DNA of 35,766 bases from Spirochaetales bacterium. Its GTDB lineage: Bacteria > Spirochaetota > Spirochaetia > Treponematales > UBA12059. The DNA lies in NCBI GenBank assembly GCA_016928955.1, contig JAFGJV010000019.1, forward strand, positions 1 through 35,766, given 5' to 3'. Of this stretch, positions 1 through 8,593 are shown in pieces. The notes beneath the pieces were generated by a model, which worked only from the letters and a program-made list of their open reading frames with translations, was not told the DNA's origin and searched no databases. The first letter of the stretch is position 1, and each line of letters begins with the position of its first letter. A program made the position numbers and the translations under genes.

Positions 1-12
1 CATGCGTCGCAT

Positions 13-52
13 GGGGCGGGCAGCTGGCCGCGTCCTGCGGCCACAACGCCCC
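13..52 (-). terminator. GC-rich hairpin just downstream of glnA (possible terminator or mRNA-stabilising stem)
   Basis: TGGCCGC-gtcct-GCGGCCA (25-43) nested in GGGGCG...CGCCCC (13-18/47-52); no U-tract visible before the window edge. Confidence 0.35.
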
Positions 53-57
53 GCTTC

Positions 58-1410
58 TTAGAAATACAGTTCATACTCCTGCGGTACGGGGGCGTTGTAC
101 ACATACTCGGCTTCCTTCCGTTTCAGGGCGGCCCAGCCGGACAGAAGCTCGTCAGGGAAGGCTGGCTTGAGGTAGGCCTTGTCCTTTTCCAGCCCGGTCA
201 GCACGTGGTACAGGCCCGTGGGGAAGGTGTTCTTGGGCGTTTCCTTGGTTGCGGCAAAACCCAGCTTGACAGGGTCCAGCTTGCGCTGCACGCCGTCCAG
301 GCCCGCCAGCAGCATGGCCGCCAGGAAGTAGTAGGTGTTGGCCGTGGCGTCGCCCGTGCGGAACTCTATGCGCGCCTCGCCCTTTTTGAGGTAGCCGGGT
401 ATGCGCACGGCAGCCGCGCGGCTGGCCTGGGCAAAGGTGGCCGATACCGGGGCCTCGTAGCCGGGCACCAGGCGCCGGTAGCTGTTGGTGCTGGGATTGG
501 ACCAGGCCAGGAGAGAGCCGGACAGGGCATGGGTCAGGATGCCCGCCGTGTACGCAAGGCCGGTATCCGACAGGCCATACAGGCCCTCGCCGGGGAACAC
601 GCTCTTGCCGCCCTTCTCCACGAACTGGTGCACGTGCATGCCGTTGCCCGCGATCTTGTACATGGGCTTGGGCATGAAGGTGACGTGGAGCCCAAGCTCG
701 TCGGCCACGTTGCGGATGATCCACTTGGACAGGACCACGGCGTCGGCGGCGCCGAGCAGGGATATGAAGTTGAGCTCGATTTCCAGCTGGGCGGCGCCCA
801 CCTCGTGGTGGTGGTACTTGACCGGTATGCCGGCGGCTTCCATGAGCTTGACGGCCTCATTGCGCAGGTAGCCATAGCGGTCGTCCGGGTGCACGCGGTG
901 GTAGCCCTTGGACAGGCCGAAGCGCGGCGCGTCCTCGTACTCGTCGCCTATGCCCTCCTCGGTACCCACAAAATAGTAGGAGTGGGCCGTGGTGGTTGAG
1001 TAGCTCACATCGTCAAACACGTAGAACTCGAGCTCGACGAGCATCTTGGCCTCGTCGCCCAGGCCCTGGGAGCGCATGTGCTCCACGGCCTTGCGCGCCA
1101 CCGTGCGGGGATACTGGTCAAAGAGCTCGCCGTCCGTGGTCCACACGTCACAGAACGCGTGCAGGATCTTGAAACCGTCCCGCTCCTCCACAAAGGCGGA
1201 GGACAGGTCGGGTATGGCGACCATGTCGCTCTTGTGCACCTGGGCGTAGCCAAAGTTGCTGGCATCAAAGCCTATGCCGCCCTTGAGCACCTTGTCGCTT
1301 ACATAGGAACGCGGCAGGGACACGGAGCGTATGGCTCCGTGGATGTCTACGACGAGCATGGACAGGTAATCGATTCCGGAGAGCTCCCCGTTGTACTTGG
1401 ACAGCTTCAT
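58..1410 (-). CDS. glnA: Glutamine synthetase type I
   Basis: 450 aa; motifs GIGFDAS, ELEFY, HHHEVG, TFMPKP, GNGMHVHQ, NPSTNSYRRLVPGYEAP, RIEFR; GGAG-like RBS (AAGAGGAG) upstream. Confidence 0.93.
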   Translation of the reverse strand: MKLSKYNGELSGIDYLSMLVVDIHGAIRSVSLPRSYVSDKVLKGGIGFDASNFGYAQVHKSDMVAIPDLSSAFVEERDGFKILHAFCDVWTTDGELFDQYPRTVARKAVEHMRSQGLGDEAKMLVELEFYVFDDVSYSTTTAHSYYFVGTEEGIGDEYEDAPRFGLSKGYHRVHPDDRYGYLRNEAVKLMEAAGIPVKYHHHEVGAAQLEIELNFISLLGAADAVVLSKWIIRNVADELGLHVTFMPKPMYKIAGNGMHVHQFVEKGGKSVFPGEGLYGLSDTGLAYTAGILTHALSGSLLAWSNPSTNSYRRLVPGYEAPVSATFAQASRAAAVRIPGYLKKGEARIEFRTGDATANTYYFLAAMLLAGLDGVQRKLDPVKLGFAATKETPKNTFPTGLYHVLTGLEKDKAYLKPAFPDELLSGWAALKRKEAEYVYNAPVPQEYELYF

Positions 1411-1465
1411 GACGACTCCTTAAAGGCGATGGTGGCGGGCCGACGATACGGCACGGCCGCAGCGT

Positions 1466-1495
1466 ATAGTAACGTCCTTGGGGAGCTTTATGCAA
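1466..1495 (-). promoter_or_regulatory. Candidate sigma70 promoter of glnA
   Basis: Minus strand TTGCAT (1495-1490)-N18-TACTAT (1471-1466). Confidence 0.45.
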
Positions 1496-1504
1496 GGGTT
1501 AAAG

Positions 1505-1539
1505 TTCATTTAATGATACGTCGTTTCATTTATTGATAC
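1505..1539. promoter_or_regulatory. Tandem 15-bp direct repeat, candidate transcription-factor sites upstream of glnA
   Basis: TTCATTTAATGATAC (1505-1519) and TTCATTTATTGATAC (1525-1539), 14/15 identical, 20-bp period, in an AT-rich patch. Confidence 0.55.
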
Positions 1540-1677
1540 AAAAAGATGTGCATCGAAGCTTTGATGTCGGGCGACGTAAGGCCATGAGGAGCATACAGCC
1601 AACCACGGAAGCTCGGAGAAACACTTAAAACAGTGTAGGCGGTTTTCTGCGAGATCCCTGGTCAGGAGGGCGGACGG

Positions 1678-2922
1678 CTACTCGTCCCCGAACAGGAAAC
1701 CGGCGGGGTTGCGTTCGAGCATGGCTGACTTGAGTTCCTGGTCCAGGCCGCTGGCCGTGAAGCCGGCCACGTAGTCCAGGTAGGACTGGCTTTTGGTCAG
1801 GTTGATCAGGAAGTCGCTGCCAAAGAGCAGGCGACGCCTGACCACGGCCTCCGCGGAGTCGGACAAGCCGGCCATGAAGGAGCCCAGCTCGTTCCAGTAG
1901 GCGCGCTCCGTGCCGTTGAACGCCACGTCGGCATACACCCCGGGCAGGCGCTCCATGTAGCCCACGATGGTGCGCGACCAGCGCTCGCGCGTGTCTCCCC
2001 TGGCCGCCGGCAGGTAGCGTCGCCCAAAATGGGCAAAGTTTACGGACAGCTCAGGGTAATCCGTGAACACCCGCGACCAGCGCTCGGGGGCCGTATACAG
2101 CTCGGCCAGCTCGTGGGCTATGACGCGGTAGCCCTGGTCGTCGCAATGGACCGTGATGGGTATGCCGCGGCGCTCGCAATACGAGTAGAGGACGCGCACG
2201 GCGTCCCTGGCGCGCCTGTCCTCCGGCCAGGGGTCAAAGCCCAGGGGCGGATAGAGCTTGACGCCGGCAAAGGCGTTGCGGGGCGGACGCAGGGGATTGC
2301 CCCGCCAGCGGCGCGCGTCGCGGAAGGCGGCCAGCTGGGCCTGGCGTCCTTTGGCGTAGGAACGAAAGTACCTGTCCAGGACCTCTTCCGTGCGGCCGGG
2401 GCCCAGCCAGGTGGGATCCATGCCAAGGAAGGGCCGTATGACCAGGCGGCCCCAGGGCCGTTCGCGGCGGTAAGCGGACACTCCTGCCAGGATCTCGCGC
2501 ACGGCCTCCTCCAGGGGTTTTCGCGGCTGGGCGGGATAGCGGCAGGCCGCTGGAGCGTCCACGGGCCGGGAAAAATCCATGGCCTGGGGGCATACCAGCC
2601 ACCTGTCATCTCGGGATCGGCCGACTAATGCGCGCGCGGCCACGGCCAGCTCTGGATCGGCGGGTGGCCCGAAAGACCCCGCCAGGTCATCCTCCATGAG
2701 CATGAACTGGCCGGCGGGATCGTTGTCGGCCACCGACAGGAAATTCCTGGCGGCGTCGCCGCCGCGCCTGAGCAGGGAAAAAAGGAGGAACGTAGGCGCG
2801 GCCACCTGCGACATGAGGTAGTCCATCTTGCGGCGGGCCAGGGCGTCCAGGAAGGGGCCCAGGGCCGGCCGGGCCAGGGTCATCACGTGGCAATGGACGT
2901 CAAAACTCAGCCTGCTAGCCAT
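1678..2922 (-). CDS. Amidohydrolase superfamily protein (Amidohydro_2-like TIM barrel)
   Basis: FDVHCH, GVKLYP, ITVHCD, FAHFG and FGSDF metal motifs; start moved to ATG 2922 (MASRLSFD), preceded by AGGAG. Confidence 0.85.
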   Translation of the reverse strand: MASRLSFDVHCHVMTLARPALGPFLDALARRKMDYLMSQVAAPTFLLFSLLRRGGDAARNFLSVADNDPAGQFMLMEDDLAGSFGPPADPELAVAARALVGRSRDDRWLVCPQAMDFSRPVDAPAACRYPAQPRKPLEEAVREILAGVSAYRRERPWGRLVIRPFLGMDPTWLGPGRTEEVLDRYFRSYAKGRQAQLAAFRDARRWRGNPLRPPRNAFAGVKLYPPLGFDPWPEDRRARDAVRVLYSYCERRGIPITVHCDDQGYRVIAHELAELYTAPERWSRVFTDYPELSVNFAHFGRRYLPAARGDTRERWSRTIVGYMERLPGVYADVAFNGTERAYWNELGSFMAGLSDSAEAVVRRRLLFGSDFLINLTKSQSYLDYVAGFTASGLDQELKSAMLERNPAGFLFGDE

Positions 2923-2930
2923 AGCATCTC

Positions 2931-3641
2931 CTACGCGCCGGCCACGCGGTACAGCTTGCGCCGTCCGGCCTGTCCCGCGTCCGCCAAGAGTCCCGCTTTC
3001 CGGTAGGTGTACAGAATCTTGCGGGCGCGCTCGGGTCCCAGGCCCAGGGCCTGCCCGAGGCTGGCCGAGTCCCAGACGCCGGCGCCGCAGGCGGGCAGGA
3101 GCCCGAGCCAGTCGTCCTTCGTGTCCAGGGACCGCGTGTCCAGCACGTCCACAAGCTCTCGACCAGCCACCCTGTCGCCCCGCCGCCGCCACGAGCCCGA
3201 GCCGTCACGCACGCGGATTTCCCTGGCCCGCACCAGGACTATGTCCATGCGCACGTTGGGCGACGCCACGATGAGGGGCGCCCGTACCAGTTCGTCGAAG
3301 GCGCTGTACACATCCCCCCGCTTCGGGGAGCGCCGGCGGCTGGGAGCGCCGCGCTGGTCGCCCCGCTCTATCCACAGTTCCGCGAGCACGGGGTATACCA
3401 CGCGCACGGGCATGACGCAGGCCAGATGGAGGATTTTCTCGGATATGGAACCCAGGTTGCGGGTCTGGATTTCCACCAGCTCGTCGGGCAGGACCACGTC
3501 CACCACCTTGCCGGCCACCCTGGCTTCCAGCCTGGCGCCTGGCCGGCAAGCGTAGCGGCGCTTCAGGGCGTCGTGGAGGCCGGTTTCCGAATACAGGCCT
3601 ATGCCGGGGCTCTCGGCAACAAGTTCGTTCACGCCTTCCAT
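2931..3641 (-). CDS. Conserved hypothetical protein, PD-(D/E)XK nuclease-like fold with possible C-terminal winged helix
   Basis: ETGLHDALK...EARVAGKVVDVV...LVEIQT pattern; C-terminal helix-turn-helix-like segment (SLGQALGLGPERARKILYTY); ends 8 bp before the amidohydrolase start; start uncertain (3641 or 3632). Confidence 0.65.
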   Translation of the reverse strand: MEGVNELVAESPGIGLYSETGLHDALKRRYACRPGARLEARVAGKVVDVVLPDELVEIQTRNLGSISEKILHLACVMPVRVVYPVLAELWIERGDQRGAPSRRRSPKRGDVYSAFDELVRAPLIVASPNVRMDIVLVRAREIRVRDGSGSWRRRGDRVAGRELVDVLDTRSLDTKDDWLGLLPACGAGVWDSASLGQALGLGPERARKILYTYRKAGLLADAGQAGRRKLYRVAGA

Positions 3642-3716
3642 GCATACAGTATCGGCTTGATGGGCGGCCAGCGGGAAGCCCTTGCCCCGGACGCCGCGCG
3701 CCGGGCAGAATGGGAC

Positions 3717-6194
3717 ATGGCCGCACGCCCTTCCATACAGCCCTCGTCGCTCCCCATAGCGCCCCGCGTGGGCGACATAGCGCGGGCCCTGGAAGCCGGG
3801 CACCTGGTCCTGTCGGCCGAGACGGGCTCGGGCAAGACCACGTACCTGCCCGCAGCCCTGCTTGAGGCCATGGTCGGATCCGGAGCCATCCTGGTGCTGG
3901 AACCCAGGCGCCTGGCCGCGGTGTCGGCGGCCGTGCGCGCGTCCTGGCTTTTGGGTCAGAAGCCCGGCGACAGCGTGGGCTACCGGGTGCGCGGCGCTAC
4001 CACAGCCGGCCCGTCCACCCGCCTTTGGTACCTGACCTACGCGGTCTTCCTCCGCATGGTCCAGGACGATCCCTTCCTGGACGGCGTGCGCCTAGTGATC
4101 TTTGACGAATTCCACGAACGCTCGGCCGTGGGCGACCTCTGCCTGGCCTATGCCCTGGAGGCTGCCGGAGCCAGGGACGGCCTGTCAATCATGCTGACCT
4201 CCGCCACCCTGGCCGACCCGCGCCTGTCGCTGTGGCTGGGCGCGTCAACCATGGACGTACCGGGCAGGACCTACCCCGTGGACCTAGCCTACCTGCCGTC
4301 CAAGGACCGGCCGGTAGCGGCGGTGGCCGACGGCGTGGATCTGGCCCTGTCCAGGACCTCCGGCGACGTGCTCGCCTTCCTGCCCGGCGCCCGCGAGCTT
4401 GCCGAGTGCGCGTCGCTCGTGCGGGCCAGGCATACCGACGTGGACGCGCTCGTCCTGCACGGCTCGCTGCCGCTGGAAGCCCAGCGCCTGGTCATAGACC
4501 CGCCCCCGGCCGCACCCAGGCGCGTGGTGCTGGCCACCAGCGTGGCGGAGACCAGCGTCACCGTGCCGCGCGTCGGAGCCGTGGTGGACTCAGGCCTGTC
4601 CCGCCTGTCGCTATACGATGCCCGCCTGGGCATGAACCGCCTTTCTACCCTGCGTTCAAGCGACGCGGAAGCCGAGCAGAGGCGCGGCCGCGCCGGCCGC
4701 CTGGGACCGGGGCTGTGCGTTCGTTGCTGGGACCGGAGCGACAAGCTGGCGCCGGCCAGGGAACCAGAAATACTGCGGACCGAGTTAGCCGGCATAGCGC
4801 TCGAGTGCGCCGTGCGCGGGGCCGTCCGGCCCGCGGATACCCGCTGGCTGGACGCTCCGCCGCCTGCCGCCTGGGCCGCTGGCTTGGACCTGATACGGGA
4901 GCTTGGCTTTGTGGGCACGGACTGCGGGGCCACGGAGCGCGGACGCGCGGCTGCGGGCTTGGGCGCTGACCCCAGGGCCGCGGCAAGCGTGCTGTCCGCC
5001 GTGGAAGCCGACCCCGGGGGACCGGACGCCCACGCCGCCTGCCTCTTGGCAGCGCTGGGGACCGAACGCGACGCTGCCGATTTTGGCCAAAGCCAGGCGC
5101 TGGACGAGCGCGTGAGGTTTGCGCTTGACGGCGGGGGCGGTCAGCGCGGCGCGGCCATCCTGGCCGAGGCCAGGCGCCTGTACAGGCGGGCCACGGGCGG
5201 CCAGTGGTCGGAAGCGGCAGCGCGTGCGGCGGCATCGGAACCGGGCAGGCTCCTGGCGCCAGGCTACCCCGACCGCTTGGCCCGCCCCAGGCCGGATGGC
5301 TTCTGGGAATTCCGCTCGGGCAGGCAGGCCCGCCCCGGACCAGGCCTCCCCGTGTCTGGATGGGTGGTGGCCGTGGACGTGGACGCGGGTGACAGGCAGG
5401 GCCGCATCCACCGCGCGGCTCCCGTGGACGACGCCGTCGCCCTGGCGGTGCTGTCCAAATCGGCGGTCCAGGAAACCGTGACCGAGTGGAAGGGACTGGA
5501 AGCGCGCAGGGTCAGGCGCTCGCGGTCCGGCGTCTTTACGCTGGCCGAAACCCGGCTGCCGCGGCCGTCCGGTGGCGACCTGGCGCGCGCCGTGGCAGAC
5601 AGGCTGGCCGCGGAGGGCGTGGACTGGCTGCCGTGGTGCGGCCAGGCCGAAGCCATGTTGACCAGGATACGGTACGCGTCCAGGCATGGCGCCTTTGAGG
5701 CACCCGCCTGGCTAGACGACGCTCGGGCCCTGGCCACCGTGCTGGCCGAGTCGCTTCCGCCCTGGCTGTCGGATTCGGGACCGGCGCTGGACAGCCAGGG
5801 CCTTGCCCAGGCCGTGCGCTATGCCCTGGACCTGGACCAGCCCTGCCTCATGGCCACGCTGGACCGGGTAGCGCCGGCCACCCTGGTGACCCCTGGCGGC
5901 CGCAGACGAACCATACCCTATCCGGAGGAGGGCGACGCCAGGCTATCCCTGCGCATCCAGGAAGTGTTTGGCATGGAAAGCTCGCCTCTGGTGTGCGGCC
6001 GGCCCCTGGTGCTGGAGCTGTTGTCGCCCGCGGACAGGCCGGTACAGGCAACCAGCGACCTGGCCGGCTTCTGGCGGAACACCTATCCCCGGCTCAGGCA
6101 GGAACTGTCCAGGCGCTATCCCAAGCACCACTGGCCGGACGATCCCCTGGCCGCGGTCCCGGGCAAGGGGCTGAAGCCCAAGATGTCGCCCTGA
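3717..6194 (+). CDS. hrpB: ATP-dependent DEAH-box RNA helicase HrpB
   Basis: GSGKTT, EPRRLAA, DEFH, SAT, LATSVAETSVT, QRRGRAGR; HrpB C-terminus ELLSPADRPVQATSDLAGFW...RYPKHHWPDDP; start approximate. Confidence 0.93.
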   Translation: MAARPSIQPSSLPIAPRVGDIARALEAGHLVLSAETGSGKTTYLPAALLEAMVGSGAILVLEPRRLAAVSAAVRASWLLGQKPGDSVGYRVRGATTAGPSTRLWYLTYAVFLRMVQDDPFLDGVRLVIFDEFHERSAVGDLCLAYALEAAGARDGLSIMLTSATLADPRLSLWLGASTMDVPGRTYPVDLAYLPSKDRPVAAVADGVDLALSRTSGDVLAFLPGARELAECASLVRARHTDVDALVLHGSLPLEAQRLVIDPPPAAPRRVVLATSVAETSVTVPRVGAVVDSGLSRLSLYDARLGMNRLSTLRSSDAEAEQRRGRAGRLGPGLCVRCWDRSDKLAPAREPEILRTELAGIALECAVRGAVRPADTRWLDAPPPAAWAAGLDLIRELGFVGTDCGATERGRAAAGLGADPRAAASVLSAVEADPGGPDAHAACLLAALGTERDAADFGQSQALDERVRFALDGGGGQRGAAILAEARRLYRRATGGQWSEAAARAAASEPGRLLAPGYPDRLARPRPDGFWEFRSGRQARPGPGLPVSGWVVAVDVDAGDRQGRIHRAAPVDDAVALAVLSKSAVQETVTEWKGLEARRVRRSRSGVFTLAETRLPRPSGGDLARAVADRLAAEGVDWLPWCGQAEAMLTRIRYASRHGAFEAPAWLDDARALATVLAESLPPWLSDSGPALDSQGLAQAVRYALDLDQPCLMATLDRVAPATLVTPGGRRRTIPYPEEGDARLSLRIQEVFGMESSPLVCGRPLVLELLSPADRPVQATSDLAGFWRNTYPRLRQELSRRYPKHHWPDDPLAAVPGKGLKPKMSP

Positions 6195-6197
6195 CGC

Positions 6198-8357
6198 TCA
6201 CACCTTGCGTATGACCACGGCGGTAAGATCGTCCGTGCGCCGCGCGCCCGCGGTAAAGTTGCGGTAGTCGATCATGATGGACGCCAGGATGGATTCGGCG
6301 TTTTCGTCGTCGGCCCTGCCCAAGGCTTCCATGAGCCGCTCCTCGCCGTATTCCACGCCGCGCGCGTTGCGACCCTCAGTCAGGCAGTCGGTGTACAGAA
6401 GGAGGGCGTCCCCCGGCAACATGGAAAAGGCCAAAGCCTTGACGTTTACCTCTAGGCCCTCGCGCCCGAGGGGCGGCGCCTTGAAATCCTGGCCGTCCTT
6501 GGACGTGAGCGCCTGCACCTTGCCCGATCCCGCCTTGCGGAACAGGACGTCCGTGTGGGCAGCGTTGACGTACTCGACGCGGTCACCGGCCATGCGGAGA
6601 TACGCGCAGGTCAGGTAGTTGTCCACGCTGGACAGCTCGCGCACCAGCTCCCGGTTGGCCTCGGCCAGGAGGGCGCCGAGCGCTTCCTTTGACCTGGACG
6701 ACACGCGCCGGAAAAAGACGTTGCGGGCAAGCAAGGTGATCAGGCCGCTGGCTATGCCGTGCCCCGACACGTCGCCCACCATCACGCCGCGGAGCTCGCC
6801 GTCCCTCTCGTAGAAATCGTAAAAGTCCCCGGACACTCCGGCCGCCGGCTCGAACACAAAGCTCAGGTCCCAGCCTTTGACCGCGGGTGCCTTGGCCGGG
6901 AAAAAACCTCTCTGCACGGACACCGCTATGCTCATGTCCCGCTTGGCCGCGTCCATGGCCGTCCGCAGGTTCCTGTTGGCGCCGGCTATGTCCACGTTCA
7001 GGCGGGAACGGTCCTCCGCGCTCTTGGCCAGGGCCGCGGTGCGCTCCTGGACGGTCCGCTCGAGTCCCGCGGTCAGCAGCTCCAGATTGGCGTAGGTTGA
7101 GGTGAACTGGCTGGCAAGGACAAAGGCCGCGCCTAGGAGAAACAGGAAAAACGCGTATTTGGACAGGCTGAGCGTGGAGCCCGCGTTGTTGAGGAACACG
7201 TCCCCTAGTACGGCCGCCGCCATGACCGCGGAACCGACCAGCATCTTGCCCACGTCCGAACGCAGGGCAAAATCCCGCGCCCAGCGCGCGGCGCGCACAA
7301 AACGGTTGGGCCCGGTCACCCGCACGGCCAAAGCCCGCACGTCGCGTATCAGGGCGCGGGGCAGTATGAACACCAGGAGGTAGAGCACGGCCGCTATGGC
7401 CAGCACGTACCATACGTCAAGCACGTGGTGCCGGTGGACAAACTGGCCGGCCACGCCGACCGCAACGAACACGGCCGACAGTATCTTGCCGCCCAGGGAT
7501 AGCTTGCCGTTGAGCACGGTCTCCAGGAAGGCCACGAACATGGGAATCATCAGGAAGAGTACCAGGTATTCCACGTGCACCACGATGTCCGTGTTGATGA
7601 TCAGGTCGGTGATGGCCCTGGTCCTTGAGGTCAGGTAGATGGACAGAAGCAGGGCCGCGCCTCCGAAGTACAGATAGCCCCGCGATTCCCGGTGCAGCAC
7701 GTACAACAGGAGGTGATAGAGCGCGAAGAACATGTATATGCCTATCAGCATGAGGTCGATGGTCTCGCGGCTTCTGGCCGACAGGGTGCGGTACGAGTCG
7801 ATCATGTAGGGGCCCGGCAGTTTCATGCCCGTGCGGGTGTCGCCCGGGTCGCCGTTGATATGGAAGGCCAGGATGTTTTTGCCCCTGTTGATGAGGCGCT
7901 TGTCCAGCGGAATGATGACGCCGCGCAGGGACCGCTGCATGAACGGGCCCGCCGGATCGCCGCGCAGTTCGTTCCGTATGAGCGTGCCGTTCAGGTACAG
8001 GGCCCAGGCCTCGCCCACATGGGCGATGTACAGGCCGGGGTCCGTCAGGTTGAGCAGCCGGAGGTCGGCCTCAAAGGGAATCAGTATGGTGAAATCCTTT
8101 GACGGCATGGGAAACAGGCTCTTGACGGCGTCTTTGGGCATGCCCGGCACGTTCAGCTCGGGTAGGACCAGGGTCCGCTTGCCCCGCTCCGGCTGGACCA
8201 CGAGCCACGCTGAATCGCCCAAGAGCGGCAGGTTGCGTATCCAGGTTGTCTTGAATCCAGAACGCACGTATATCTCGGATTGGGTGAGGTCGACAATTTG
8301 GGCGCCGGCCGCGGCGGATAGCAGGGCCAGAAACAACGCAAGCACACGTTTCCGCAT
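6198..8357 (-). CDS. Membrane sensor PP2C/SpoIIE (RsbU-like) Ser/Thr phosphatase with extracytoplasmic domain and 7TM-DISM-like region
   Basis: Signal peptide, about 7 TM helices, coiled coil, then VSGDFYD, GDVSGHG, LYTDCLTE, DDLT. Confidence 0.88.
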   Translation of the reverse strand: MRKRVLALFLALLSAAAGAQIVDLTQSEIYVRSGFKTTWIRNLPLLGDSAWLVVQPERGKRTLVLPELNVPGMPKDAVKSLFPMPSKDFTILIPFEADLRLLNLTDPGLYIAHVGEAWALYLNGTLIRNELRGDPAGPFMQRSLRGVIIPLDKRLINRGKNILAFHINGDPGDTRTGMKLPGPYMIDSYRTLSARSRETIDLMLIGIYMFFALYHLLLYVLHRESRGYLYFGGAALLLSIYLTSRTRAITDLIINTDIVVHVEYLVLFLMIPMFVAFLETVLNGKLSLGGKILSAVFVAVGVAGQFVHRHHVLDVWYVLAIAAVLYLLVFILPRALIRDVRALAVRVTGPNRFVRAARWARDFALRSDVGKMLVGSAVMAAAVLGDVFLNNAGSTLSLSKYAFFLFLLGAAFVLASQFTSTYANLELLTAGLERTVQERTAALAKSAEDRSRLNVDIAGANRNLRTAMDAAKRDMSIAVSVQRGFFPAKAPAVKGWDLSFVFEPAAGVSGDFYDFYERDGELRGVMVGDVSGHGIASGLITLLARNVFFRRVSSRSKEALGALLAEANRELVRELSSVDNYLTCAYLRMAGDRVEYVNAAHTDVLFRKAGSGKVQALTSKDGQDFKAPPLGREGLEVNVKALAFSMLPGDALLLYTDCLTEGRNARGVEYGEERLMEALGRADDENAESILASIMIDYRNFTAGARRTDDLTAVVIRKV

Positions 8358-8593
8358 ACCCCCATCCTACGCCCACGCGCACGGGCGGTCAAGCTCGGAT
8401 GCTCTCGCAGTGCCCGCAGGGCGCCACAGACGCCCGCTCGCGTGACGGAGCCTTGATGTGGTACCGATACGGGCGCCTACGGGCGTAACCTGCTGGCGTT
8501 GCCGGTGCTTATCCGGTATACTGCCTCCGGCGCGGCACAGCCACCCGCCGGAGCTATCCTGGCGGCATTCGTCGCGGCAAGGACGCGGTACCT

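Noticed and set aside
2923..3803. Long N-terminal extensions of ORFs 1678..3192, 2931..3803 and 3426..6194
   Set aside because: They overlap neighbouring real genes; downstream starts fit RBS and domain boundaries better
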